A stretch of DNA of 64,000 bases from Cyanophora paradoxa CCMP329. Taxonomy: Eukaryota; Plantae; Glaucophyta. A program made the position numbers and the translations under genes. Numbering within the stretch: position 1 is the first letter of the stretch; every line of letters begins with the position of its first letter. Shown here piece by piece: positions 37,722 through 49,426 of the stretch. Below the pieces are notes generated by a model. That model ran no database searches and had not been told where the DNA came from. It saw only the letters and a list, made by a program, of their open reading frames with translations. The stretch covers positions 1 to 64,000 of the forward strand of contig QPMI01000126.1 of assembly GCA_004431415.1 (NCBI GenBank), given 5' to 3'.

Positions 37722-40700
37722 ATGCCGCCGAAGAAGAGCGCCGCGACGGCGCCGGCGCCGGGCGTCAAAAGCATGAGCATTAAAAGCTTCTTTGCCGTCG
37801 CCCCCGCGAAGCCGAAGCCCGAGACGGAGCCGGCGGCGGCGACGCCCGCAAGAGCCGAGCCGGCAGCGCCGGAGCCCGAGACGGAGCTGACGGCGGCGAA
37901 GAAGGCGCCGCCCGCGTCTGAGAAGCCGGCCGCCAAGCCCGCGCCCAGCGGCGGGCTGGAGTTCGCGTCGCCGCCGCCGCCGTCGAAGAAGACCAAGTCC
38001 CCGGCCCGCGCCCCGCCGGCGGAGCGGACAGGTGCGATTGTTCATTCGCCGGGCGTACGCGCGCTGCGCTGATCTGGGGCGGGCAGTCGAGAAGAAGCAG
38101 CGCCCTGCCGAGGAGGCCGCACGGCAAGAGAAGCCGGCCGCAAAGGAGTCGAAGCCGAAGGAGGCGAAGCAGCAGAAAGAGAGAGCTGAGAAATCGAAGG
38201 AGGAGCGGGCCGAGGCGAAGGAGAAGGGCGAGAAGAAGGAGAAGAAGGCAAAGAAGGCGGCGCCCACGAGCTTCAGCCCGATCCGCCCGCGCCGCTCTCG
38301 CGCCGCCAGTGCCGCGGCAAGCTCGAGCGCCGAGGTGCGGGCCGCCGCTGATCCTACCCGTCTCGCGCCGACGATGGGCCAGCAGGACGGCGGGAAGAAG
38401 CGGCGGCTGGTGCAGGCCCCGGCGGGCGGGGCGGACGAAGAGGAGGAGTACACGGGCCTGGAGGCGATCGCGGCGCTCAAGGCGGAGGAGAGCGGGGAGG
38501 AGGGCGGGGCGCGGGAGTACGAGGTGACGCTGACGGCGGACGGGGAGAGCGAGTCGGAGTACAGCGAGTCGAGCGAGGAGGCGGCGTCGGACAGCCAGGA
38601 GAGCAGCAGCGGCAGCGAGGAGAGCGGCAGCGAGGCGAGCGGCGCCTCCGGCAGCGGCAGCGGCGAGGAGAGCGACGCCGCCTCCCTCGTCAGCGAGGGC
38701 GAGGAGGAGGCCCCGAAGGCCAAGCGCCGCGCCAAGGCCCCCGCCCGCACCCCGCCGGCGAGCGGGAAGAAGGGGAAGCGGGGCGCGCCGGGGAGCGCTG
38801 GCAAGGGGGCGGAGAGGAGCCCCGCGGCGAAGCGGGGGCGCCTCGTCAAGCGCGCCGCCTCCGACGACGAGGCCGGGGCCGGGGCGGGGGAGGAGACCCC
38901 CGAGAAGGCCCCCGCCGAGGCGGAGGAGGCGGCGGAGGAGGCCGAGGCGGAGGCGGCGGGGCAGGAGGAGGCGGCGGAGCAAGAGGAGGCGGGCGGGGAG
39001 GAGGCGGCCGAGCAGGAGGGGGACGAGGAGGCGGACAAGTACGCGCAGTTCGCCTTCACGCAGGCCGTGCGCGTCCCTCGGCCCCGCCGCCGCGCCTCGG
39101 GCGGAGCCGACGGGGCGGCAGGCGGGGCGGAAGGAGGGGCCGGGGAAGCGGAGCGCGGCGGCGCAGCGGTACATCGCCTCGCAGCGCGGGGCGCCCGTCG
39201 GCGACGACCGCGCCCGCGTCCGCCCGCCCGCCCGCCCCGCCCGCGCAGCGCTCGTGCAGGCGCCCGACGCCGGCCGGCAGGTCTCGATCGCGGCGGGGCG
39301 GGCGGCGAAGTTCGAGGCGGCGAACCAGGAGCGCTACTCGTGGCTCGCCGACGAGCGGGACGCGCAGGGGCGGCGCCCCGGCGAGGAGGGCTACGACGCC
39401 AGCACGCTGCGCGTCCCCGCCGACAAGTTCGCCAAGCTCTCCGACTTCGAGAAGCAGTACTGGACGCGCGCCCCGCCCGCCCCACCGCCGCCGCCGCGGC
39501 CTCACGCGCCGGCGGCAGCATCAAGAAGGACAACTGGGACAAGGTCGTCTTCTTCGTGCGCGGCCGCCCGCCCCGCCCCCGCGCCCCGGCCCCGCGCCCC
39601 GCGCCCGCTCACGCACGCCCTCCGCCCCGCAGAAAAAGGGCAAGTTCTACGGTGCGGGGGCCGGGGCGGGCGTCGGCGCCTGCTGCGCGCCGAGCGCGGG
39701 GGCGCAGAGCTGTACGAGAAGGACGCGGACGTGGGCCACCGGGAGCTCGACCTGAAGCTGACGGACCGGGTGAACATGCGGATGTGCGGGGTGCCGGAGA
39801 GCACCTTCGAGATGTGGGCCGCCAAGCTCGTCGCCCGCGGCTACAAGGTCGTCCGCGTCGAGCAGATGGAGCGCCTCCGTGACGCCGACCGCCGCCGCGC
39901 CCAGGCCCGGCCCCCAGCCCCGGCCCCCGCCCCGCTCCCGGCTACTGAGGCGGGGCCGTGGCAGGGGGGCGGGAAGGAGACGAAGGTGTGCCAGCGGGAG
40001 GTGTGCGGGGTGCTGACGGCGGGGACGCTGGTGGAGGAGGCGATGATCGCCTCGCCCGAGGCCGTCTACCTCCTCGCCCTCCGCGAGGCCCGGCTCGAGG
40101 GCCCCGCCGCGGGGCGGCGCTTCGGGGTCTGCGTGGTGGACGCGGCGCGGGGCGAGTTCGCGGTGGGCTCCTTCGAGGACGACGCGGCGCTCTCGGCGCT
40201 GGAGACGCTGCTGCTGCAGCTGCAGCCGCGCGAGCTCGTGTACGAGCGCGCCAACCTCTCCCCGGAGGCCCGCCGCATGCTCCGGCGCCTGCCCCGGGCC
40301 GTCGCCTCGGAGACGCCCCCCGCCAAGGCCCCCGCCGCCTGGTGCCCCGAGGCCGCGCGCGACCGCCTCCGCACCGGCGGCTACTTCGCCGACCCGGCGC
40401 CACCGCCGACGGTGCGCCAGCCGGCCGGCCCGCGCCCGGCCCGGGGGCGAGACGGGGCGCGGGGCGCAGAGGCGGAGTGGCCGGAGGCGCTGCGGGAGGC
40501 GATGGGGGAGCCGCTGGCGGGGGCGGCCTTCGCGGGATGCCTCTCGTACCTGCGCGAGGTCCTCCGCGACGAGGCCCTCGTCTCCGCCCGCCGCTTTCGC
40601 CCCTACGACCCCCGCGGCGAGGCCGCCGCCGCCCGCCACCTCGTCCTCGACGGCAAGGTCCGCCCCGCCACCGCCCCGCCGCCCCGCCGCGCCTTGGGGC

Positions 40701-43223
40701 GGGCCTCAGGGGCGGCGGGGCAGGCGCTGGCGAACCTGGAGGTGCTGGAGGGCGGGGCCTCCCCCGCCGTCGCCGTTGGCGCCGCCCTCGACGCGGGGAC
40801 GGCGCGCCGCGCGGCGGGGTCCCTGCTGGCGCTGCTGGACCGCACGGCGACGCCCTTCGGGGCCGCCTGCTGCGCGCGTGGCTGTGCGCGCCGCTGCGGC
40901 GGAGGGAGGAGATCGAGGACCGCCTCGACGCCGTCGAGGACTTGCACGCCCTCGCGCCCCGCCACGGTGCGGCCGCACCCCCGCCCCTGCCGCCCGCCCC
41001 CGCCCGCGCTCACGCCGACTGCACAGGCGAGCTGCGGGCCCTCCTCAAGTCCCTCCCCGACCTGGAGCGCGGCATCGCGCGCGCCCACGCCGGCGCCCGC
41101 CGCTCCACCTACGGCGTCGTGCGCCCCGGCGCCGGCCCCCGCCGCGCCCCGCCGGCGGCGGCCTGAGGGGGCGGCAGATGTTCGACAACAGCGAGGTGAA
41201 GCGCCTGCGGGCCTTCCTCGACCTCCTCGCCGCCCTCCGCAAGGCCCTCGTCCGCCCCCGCCGCCCCGCCCCGCCCCGCCCCGCCCCGCGGGCCGAGCGG
41301 GGCGGGGCGGCGCAGGAGGTGCCGGCGCTGCTGGCAAAGGAGGCGGCCGGCTTCAAGTCGCGCCGCCTGCGCGCCCTCGCCACCCTCGGCGACGCCTTCC
41401 CGACCTCGCCCCGCTGTCCGCGCCCCGCCCGCCCGCCCGCCCCGCCGCGGTGCCCCGGGGCCGACGGCGGGGGCCGGGGCAGGCTGGAGGAGGTGGCGCG
41501 GGGCTTCGACCTGCAGGCGGCGCGCAAGGAGGGCTCCCCCGGCCTCGTCCCCGAGGCGGGGACGGTGCCCGAGTACGAGGCGGCGGCGGCCGAGGTGGCG
41601 GCCCTCGAGGGGCGCCTCGAGGAGATCCTGCGCGACGCGCGCCGCCGCCTCAAGTGCCCCGCCCTCGCCTTCCGCACCATGGGCAAGGAGGAGTACCTGC
41701 TGGAGGTCCCCGCGCAGGCCGCCCGCGACCTCCCCACGTCCTGGTCCGAGGCCTCCTCCACCAAGGCCCGCCCCCCGCCCCGCCCCGCCCCGCCCCGCCC
41801 GCCCCGCCCCGCCCGCCCCGCCTGACGCGGGGCGCAGGCGGTGAAGCGGTACGAGGCGGCGGAGGTGAAGGCGCTGCTGGGGCCCCTCGCCGAGGCCCGC
41901 GACCGGCGGGAGACGGCGCAGGCGGACCTGCTGCGCCTCCTCATGGGCCGCTTCAGCGCCCACGGGGAGGCCTGGCGCGCCGCTGTCGCCGCCCTCGCCG
42001 AGATCGACTGCCTGCTCGCCCTCTCCCTCGCCTCGTTCGGGCTGGAGGGGCCGATGTGCCGCCCGCGGCTCGTGGAGGCCGGCCAGGGGGGCCCCGTGCT
42101 GCGCCTCAAGGGCAGCCGGCACCCGTGCGTGGTGCCCCCCGCGGGGCAGCCCTTCATCCCCAACGACATCGCCCTCGGCGGCGACGGCGCCCCGCCCGTC
42201 GCCCTCGTCACGGGGCCCAACATGGGCGGCAAGGCGCGCCGCCCCCCCGCGCTGCCCCGCGGGGCGGGGCTGACGTGGCGGGGCGCAGTCGACGCTGCTG
42301 CGGCAGGCGTGCGTGGCGGTGGTGATGGCGCAGGTCGGCTGCTTCGTCCCCGCGGAGGAGTGCGTCCTCTCCCCCGTCGACCGCCTCTTCACGCGCATCG
42401 GCGCCGCCGACCGCATCCTCGCCGGCGAGTCCACCTTCGCCGTCGAGCTCCACGAGGCCCGCCCCGCCCGCCCCGCCCGCCCCGCCCCGGGCGAGGCGGC
42501 GGGGCGCAGACGGCGGGGGTGCTGCGGCACGCGACGCAGGACAGCCTGGTGATCCTCGACGAGCTGGGGCGGGGCACGTTGACCTTCGACGGCGTCTCCA
42601 TCGCCCACGCCGTCCTCCACACCCTCGCCGCCTCCACCCGCTGCCGCACCCTCTTCTCCACCCACTACCACATGCTCACCGACTGGTCGGTTTCGGCCCG
42701 CCCCCTCCCGGCCCGCCCCGCCCCCGTGCGAGGGGCGCGCAGGGTCTCGGCCCCGGGCTCCGAGGCGGCCGTCGGCCTCTACCACATGCAGAGCCTCGTC
42801 GAAGACTCGCAGTGCGCGGCGCCCTCGCCCCGCCCCGCCCCGCCCCGCCCCGCCCCGCCCCGCAAGGGCCTGAGCCGCCGGCGGGGCAGGCGGCGGGTGA
42901 CGTTCCTGTACAAGTTCGCGGCGGGGTGTGCCCGCGCTCGTACGGCCTCAACGTGGCGGCCCTCGCGCGCCTGCCCGAGGCCGTCTTGGCCCGCGCCGCC
43001 GCCCTCGGCGCCTCCTTCGAGAGCGAGACCTTCGAGCGCCGCAAGCGGTGCCGCCCCGCCCCGCCGCCCCGCCCCCGGGCCCCGCCGGCCTGGCCTGAAG
43101 CCGCGGGGCGGCAGGGCGCGGGAGGCGGCGCTGGACGAGGGCCTCGAGCGCTGCAAGCGCGCCCTCCGCGCCGCCGCCGCCGGCGACGCCCCCGCCCTCC
43201 GCGCCGCCCTCGCCCGCCCCTGA
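37722..43223 (+). CDS. MSH6: DNA mismatch repair protein MSH6, full-length copy
   Basis: PIP-like SMSIKSFF and acidic disordered N-terminus; [35 protein letters not shown]|KKGKFY|ELYEKDA (Phe-X-Glu motif), [18 protein letters not shown]|[41 protein letters not shown] and SYGLNVA. A few apparent frameshifts lie in G/C runs. Confidence 0.93.
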
Positions 43224-43342
43224 CCCGCCCCGCCCCGCGCATCCCTCCGGTTCGGGCGTTCAATCGCAGAGAGCGAGAGGGCGGGGGTCAGCGGGGCGCC
43301 GGGGCTGGCGGGGCGGGGGGCCGGTAGAGGACGGAGCCCGGG

Positions 43343-45307
43343 ACGGACGTGGGCGTGCACGGTGGGGGCCACGTGCAAGCGCAAAATTTGGCCGTTAACA
43401 GCAGAGCAAGTTAGGCCGTTACTGTGTCGACTTGGAGCTGCTCGGTGGCCAAACCAGGGGCCAGATGTTAGGAGACAGCGCCTTGATCACGAAACGAGAA
43501 AAGCCGGGGAGGCTTGCCTACAGGTTGGAAGGGCAAGCAGGGCGCCGCATGCAAAGACCAGTCAGGGAACACATGCTCGGGCGGTCAAGAAAACAGCTCG
43601 CACCAGGGTCTGATCGATGCCCTCCTTCTTGCCCTTCTCCAGGCCCTTCTCCAGGCCCTCCTTTAGGGACTCCGCCATTGCCTTCTCGAGCTGCGGCGCG
43701 GCGTAAAACACTCGCCGCTCAGGTGGTACCGCTGAACGCAGAACAACAACAACGCACATCGGCTCGAGTGTACAGGCGGCCACTCGCAGCGGTGTCCCGT
43801 CTGCTGCGCAAGACGACGCGCGGTGTACCGGTCACATTGGGGGGCGCTAAATATTCGAGCGCGCGCCCTGCACGAACCCTGACGGGTCTTCGTTATCCGC
43901 TCGTCGACTCTTTGACATTGAAATGCATATGCCGACAGCTGCTCGGCGACGACCAAATTCTCGCAGCTTCCTGCGCGAGAGGTCATGTGCCAGGGTCGCC
44001 GTCAGCAGCGGGCAAGAAAAACGTTGAGCTCACCGCTCAGGCGGGAAAAACTCGACTGGCGGGACTCCGGTCATGAAGGCGAGCCGCTTCGACTTCGGAT
44101 TCGCCCCAGGCCGCGTGTGTGGTGCGTGATGCTCGAGGAATTTCGCAGCAAACATTGAGAAAATCTGAAGTCGCGTAGGGTGAACGGTCGGCTGTTGCTG
44201 TGGGGTCTTGGTAAACAACACCAGCGCCTGAGGCAACGAGGCAACACGGCTAAGTGAGGGTATTGCATTTGCTGATTCAGTCAACCCGTCGGGTAAGTTT
44301 GTGCAACAGGAGTCGGCCTTGGGGAAAGGAGAGGCCCTTAGGTCTGTGCCTATCTTGTGTCAAACTTCAACTTGATTTTATAGACAAAATTTTTGGACCT
44401 AGGTACCCATTTTCGACCCTAGGGAGCACGATGGCGGCGCTACTTTTCAAATGTGACACCTCTAACAAGCACTAACAGCACGTACGAACGAAATTGTTCG
44501 CGTTAAGCCCGAACGCCATTGGCCAAAAAGCTCAATCGCCCCATTCACGGACAAGCGCAAATGTCATTGGCTCCCCTTCGCCAATGCAAATTCTCACAGA
44601 CTCATAAACAGAGCTGGTGCGCCTGTCATTGTCAGTATACGTAATTGGTGAGCAGTAGTTGGCAGATCAATTAGGCGCTCGCAATTGAAAGAATTGTTGG
44701 CAATCGTTTGGCCAACGTTTGGCCGATCACAACATCAATGATTGAATCACCAAAAAACTCTGTTCGTGTGAATTTCAATCGCGATCGACGATCGATCAAC
44801 GTCGACGTGAAGACGGCCGATTGGGCCCCGCATCGATATCTGTACCCTTGCAGCACAATTCTGTACCCTCTCACTTGAGTGTGTACCCTTGCCAAGTGGA
44901 CCCCCCTATTTCTCCTCCCCCCTCCCCCGTAACCGCGCGCGGTTGCGCATGCGCATGCGGGCCTTGTTATAAAACAAAGAGCGGCCACCCTCACGCCTTG
45001 AGACCCCAAGACCCAAGGCCACTCCTGCTCCGCAGGGACTCGCTTGTTCAGAGAACTTCAGACAGATATCGAAGAAAGTGCATGCTCTGCACCGGCCGTC
45101 TTGGTCGATCGATGCCATGATGAGCGGGCCATCCGCAAGGATATCGATTTCGATTGGGTTAACGTTGCCAGCAAGTTGCCACAGCTGCCCCGAGCCACGA
45201 ACAGTTGATCGATGTCGTGAGGCGCGATTGTTGGGCGAGCCGGCGCCACTCCAGCTGACAACGACGGCGGCTAAGGCAGCGCACTCTCGCTCTCACGGTG
45301 CGTCTGT
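43343..45307. other. ~1.97 kb lower-GC insert between the two copies of the MSH6 duplication
   Basis: Abrupt drop in GC and loss of CCCCG repeats exactly between the end of duplicate 1 (43342) and the start of duplicate 2 (45308). Confidence 0.8.
43419..44155 (-). CDS. Small spliced orphan gene with an EGLEKG repeat
   Basis: Clear minus-strand introns (e.g. 44033-43971 GTGAG..GCAG). Exon 43690-43604 reads LEKAMAESLKEGLEKGLEKGKKEGIDQTL and the last exon ASLPGFSRFVIKALSPNIWPLVWPPSSSKSTQ*. Upstream phases and start are uncertain. Confidence 0.5.
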
Positions 45308-48300
45308 CGCAGCGGTACATCGCCTCGCAGCGCGGGGCGCCCGTCGGCGACGACCGCGCCCGCGTCCGCCCGCCCGCCCGCCCCGCCCGCGCAGCGCTCG
45401 TGCAGGCGCCCGACGCCGGCCGGCAGGTCTCGATCGCGGCGGGGCGGGCGGCGAAGTTCGAGGCGGCGAACCAGGAGCGCTACTCGTGGCTCGCCGACGA
45501 GCGGGACGCGCAGGGGCGGCGCCCCGGCGAGGAGGGCTACGACGCCAGCACGCTGCGCGTCCCCGCCGACAAGTTCGCCAAGCTCTCCGACTTCGAGAAG
45601 CAGTACTGGACGCGCGCCCCGCCCGCCCCACCGCCGCCGCCGCGGCCTCACGCGCCGGCGGCAGCATCAAGAAGGACAACTGGGACAAGGTCGTCTTCTT
45701 CGTGCGCGGCCGCCCGCCCCGCCCCCGCGCCCCGGCCCCGCGCCCCGCGCCCGCTCACGCACGCCCTCCGCCCCGCAGAAAAAGGGCAAGTTCTACGGTG
45801 CGGGGGCCGGGGCGGGCGTCGGCGCCTGCTGCGCGCCGAGCGCGGGGGCGCAGAGCTTGTACGAGAAGGACGCGGACGTGGGCCACCGGGAGCTCGACTT
45901 GAAGCTGACGGACCGGGTGAACATGCGGATGTGCGGGGTGCCGGAGAGCACCTTCGAGATGTGGGCCGCCAAGCTCGTCGCCCGCGGCTACAAGGTCGTC
46001 CGCGTCGAGCAGATGGAGCGCCTCCGCGACGCCGACCGCCGCCGCGCCCAGGCCCGGCCCCCGGCTCCCGCCCCCGCCCCGCTCCCGCCGGCTGAGGCGG
46101 GGCGGGGGCAGGGCGGCGGGAAGGAGACGAAGGTGTGCCAGCGGGAGGTGTGCGGGGTGCTGACGGCGGGGACGCTGGTGGAGGAGGCGATGATCGCCTC
46201 GCCCGAGGCCGTCTATCTCCTCGCCCTCCGCGAGGCCCAGCCCGAGGGCCCCGCCGCGGGGCGGCGCTTCGGGGTCTGCGTGGTGGACGCGGCGCGGGGC
46301 GAGTTCGCGGTGGGCTCCTTCGAGGACGACGCGGCGCTCTCGGCGCTGGAGACGCTGCTGCTGCAGCTGCAGCCGCGCGAGCTCGTCTACGAGCGCGCCA
46401 ACCTCTCCCCGGAGGCCCGCCGCATGCTCCGGCGCCTGCCCCGGGCCGTCGCCTCGGAGACGCCCCCCGCCAAGGCCCCCGCCGCCTGGTGCCCCGAGGC
46501 CGCGCGCGACCGCCTCCGCACCGGCGGCTACTTCGCCGACCCCGGCGCCACCGCCGACGGTGCGCCAGCCCACCGGCCCCGCGCCCGGCCCGGGGGCGAG
46601 GCGGGGCGGGGGCTGCAGAGGCGGAGTGGCCGGAGGCGCTGCGGGAGGCGATGGGGGAGCCGCTGGCGGGGGCGGCCTTCGCGGGATGCCTCTCGTACCT
46701 GCGCGAGGTCCTCCGCGACGAGGCCCTCGTCTCCGCCCGCCGCTTCCGCCCCTACGACCCCCGCGGCGAGGCCGCCGCCGCCCGCCACCTCGTCCTCGAC
46801 GGCAAGGTCCGCCCCGCCACCGCCCCGCCGCCCCGCCGCGCCTTGGGGCGGGCCTCAGGGGCGGCGGGGCAGGCGCTGGCGAACCTGGAGGTGCTGGAGG
46901 GCGGGGCCTCCCCCGCCGTCGCCGTTGGCGCCGCCCTCGACGCGGGGACGGCGCGCCGCGCGGCGGGGTCCCTGCTGGCGCTGCTGGACCGCACGGCGAC
47001 GCCCTTCGGGGGCCGCCTGCTGCGCGCGTGGCTGTGCGCGCCGCTGCGGCGGAGGGAGGAGATCGAGGACCGCCTCGACGCCGTCGAGGACTTGCACGCC
47101 CTCGCCCCGCGCCACGGTGCGGCCGCCCCCCCGCCCTGCCGCCCGCCCCCGCCCGCGCTCACGCCGACTGCACAGGCGAGCTGCGGGCCCTCCTCAAGTC
47201 CCTCCCCGACCTGGAGCGCGGCATCGCGCGCGCCCACGCCGGCGCCCGCCGCTCCACCTACGGCGTCGTGCGCCCCGGCGCCGGCCCCCGCCCCGCCGCG
47301 CCCCGCCGGCCTGAGGGGGCGGCAGATGTTCGACAACAGCGAGGTGAAGCGCCTGTGGGCCTTCCTCGACCTCCTCGCCGCCCTCCGCAAGGCCCTCGTC
47401 CGCCCCCGCCGCCCCGCCCCGCCCGCCCCGCCCCGCGGGGCCGAGCGGGGCGGGGCGGCGCAGGATGTGCCGGCGCTGCTGGCGAAGGAGGCGGCCGGCT
47501 TCAAGTCTCGCCGCCTGCGCGCCCTCGCCACCCTCGGCGACGCCTTCCCCGACCTCGCCCCGCTGTCCGCGCCCCGCCCGCCCGCCCGCCCCGCCCCGCC
47601 GCCCCGGGGCCGACGGCGGGGGGCCGTGGCAGGCTGGAGGAGGTGGCGCGGGGCTTCGACGTGCAGGGGGCGCGCAAGGAGGGCTCCCCCGGCCTCGTCC
47701 CCGAGGCGGGGAGGGTGCCCGAGTACGAGGCGGCGGCGGCCGAGGTGGCGGCCCTCGAGGGGCGCCTCGAGGAGATCCTGCGCGACGCGCGCCGCCGCCT
47801 CAAGTGCCCCGCCCTCGCCTTCCGCACCATCGGCGAGGAGGAGTACCTGCTCGAGGTCCCCGCGCAGGCCGCCGGCGACCTCCCCAGGTCCTGGTCCGAG
47901 GCCTCCTCCACCAAGGCCCGCAACCCGCCCCGCCCCGCCCCGCCCCGCCCGCCCCGTCTCACGCGCGCGGGGCGCAGGCAGTGAAGCGGTACGAGGCGGC
48001 GGAGGTGAAGGCGCTGCTGGGGCCCCTCGCCGAGGCCCGCGACCGGCGCGAGGCGGCGCAGGCGGACCTCCTGCGCCTCCTCATGGGCCGCTTCAGCGCC
48101 CACTGCGAGGCCTGGCGCGCCGCGGTCGCCGCCCTCGCCGAGATCGACTGCCTGCTCGCCCTCTCCCTCGCCTCGTTCGGGCTGGAGGGGCCGATGTGCC
48201 GGCCGCGGCTGGTGGAGGGCGGCCAGGGGGGCCCCGTGCTGCGCCTCAAGGGCAGCCGGCACCCGTGCGTGGTGCCCCCCGCGGGGCAGCCCTTCATCCC

Positions 48301-49359
48301 CAACGACATCGCCCTCGGCGGCGACGGCGCCCCGCCCGTCGCCCTCGTCACGGGGCCCAACATGGGCGGCAAGGCCCGCCGCCCCCCCGCGCTGCCCCGC
48401 GGGGCGGGGCTGACGTGGCGGGGCGCAGTCGACGCTGCTGCGGCAGGCGTGCGTGGCGGTGGTCATGGCGCAGGTCGGCTGCTTCGTCCCCGCGGAGGAG
48501 TGCCTCCTCTCCCCCGTCGACCGCCTCTTCACGCGCATCGGCGCCGCCGACCGCATCCTCGCCGGCGAGTCCACCTTCGCCGTCGAGCTCCACGAGGCCC
48601 GCCCCGCCCGCCCCGCCCGCCCCGCCCCGGGCGAGGCGGCGGGGCGCAGACGGCGGGGGTGCTGCGGCACGCGACGCAGGACAGCCTGGTGATCCTCGAC
48701 GAGCTGGGGCGGGGCACGTTGACCTTCGACGGCGTCTCCATCGCCCACGCCGTCCTCCACACCCTCGCCGCCTCCACCCGCTGCCGCACCCTCTTCTCCA
48801 CCCACTACCACATGCTCACCGACTGGTCGGTTTCGGCCCGCCCCTTCGCCGCCCGCCCCGCCCCCGTGCGAGGGGCGCGCAGGGTCTCGGCCCCGGGCTC
48901 CGAGGGGGCCGTCGGCCTCTACCACATGCAGAGCCTCGTCGAAGACTCGCAGTGCGCGGCGCCCTCGCCCCGCCCCGCCCCGCCCCGCCCCGCCCCGCAA
49001 GGGCCTGAGCCGCCGGCGGGGCAGGCGGCGGGTGACGTTCCTGTACAAGTTCGCGGCGGGGGTGTGCCCGCGCTCGTACGGCCTCAACGTGGCGGCCCTC
49101 GCGCGCCTGCCCGAGGCCGTCTTGGCCCGCGCCGCCGCCCTCGGCGCCTCCTTCGAGAGCGAGACCTTCGAGCGCCGCAAGCGGTGCCGCCCCGCCCCGC
49201 CGCCCCGCCCCCGGGCCCGCGCCGGCCCGGTCTGAAGCCGCGGGACGGCAGGGCGCGGGAGGCGGCGCTGGACGAGGGCCTCGAGCGCTGCAAGCGCGCC
49301 CTCCGCGCCGCCGCCGCCGGCGACGCCCCCGCCCTCCGCGCCGCCCTCGCCCGCCCTGA
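45308..49359 (+). pseudogene. MSH6: Second MSH6 copy lacking the N-terminal region (truncated paralogue or pseudogene)
   Basis: 45308-49480 duplicates 39162-43342 including introns. Substitutions include LRAF>LWAF, RTMGK>RTIGE, HGEAW>HCEAW and ECVL>ECLL. All core MutS motifs are retained and no nonsense codon was seen. Confidence 0.85.
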
Positions 49360-49426
49360 CCCGCCCCGCCCCGCCCATCCCTCCGGTTCGGGCGTGCAAT
49401 CGCAGCAGAGAGCGAGAGGGCGGGGG

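Noticed and set aside
40855-42935. Frameshifts making MSH6 copy 1 a pseudogene
   Set aside because: They fall in G/C runs (about 40860, 41400 and 42925) and are intact in copy 2, so sequencing error is likely. The same applies to shifts in the ATRX-like, GSK3-like and flavin reductase genes.
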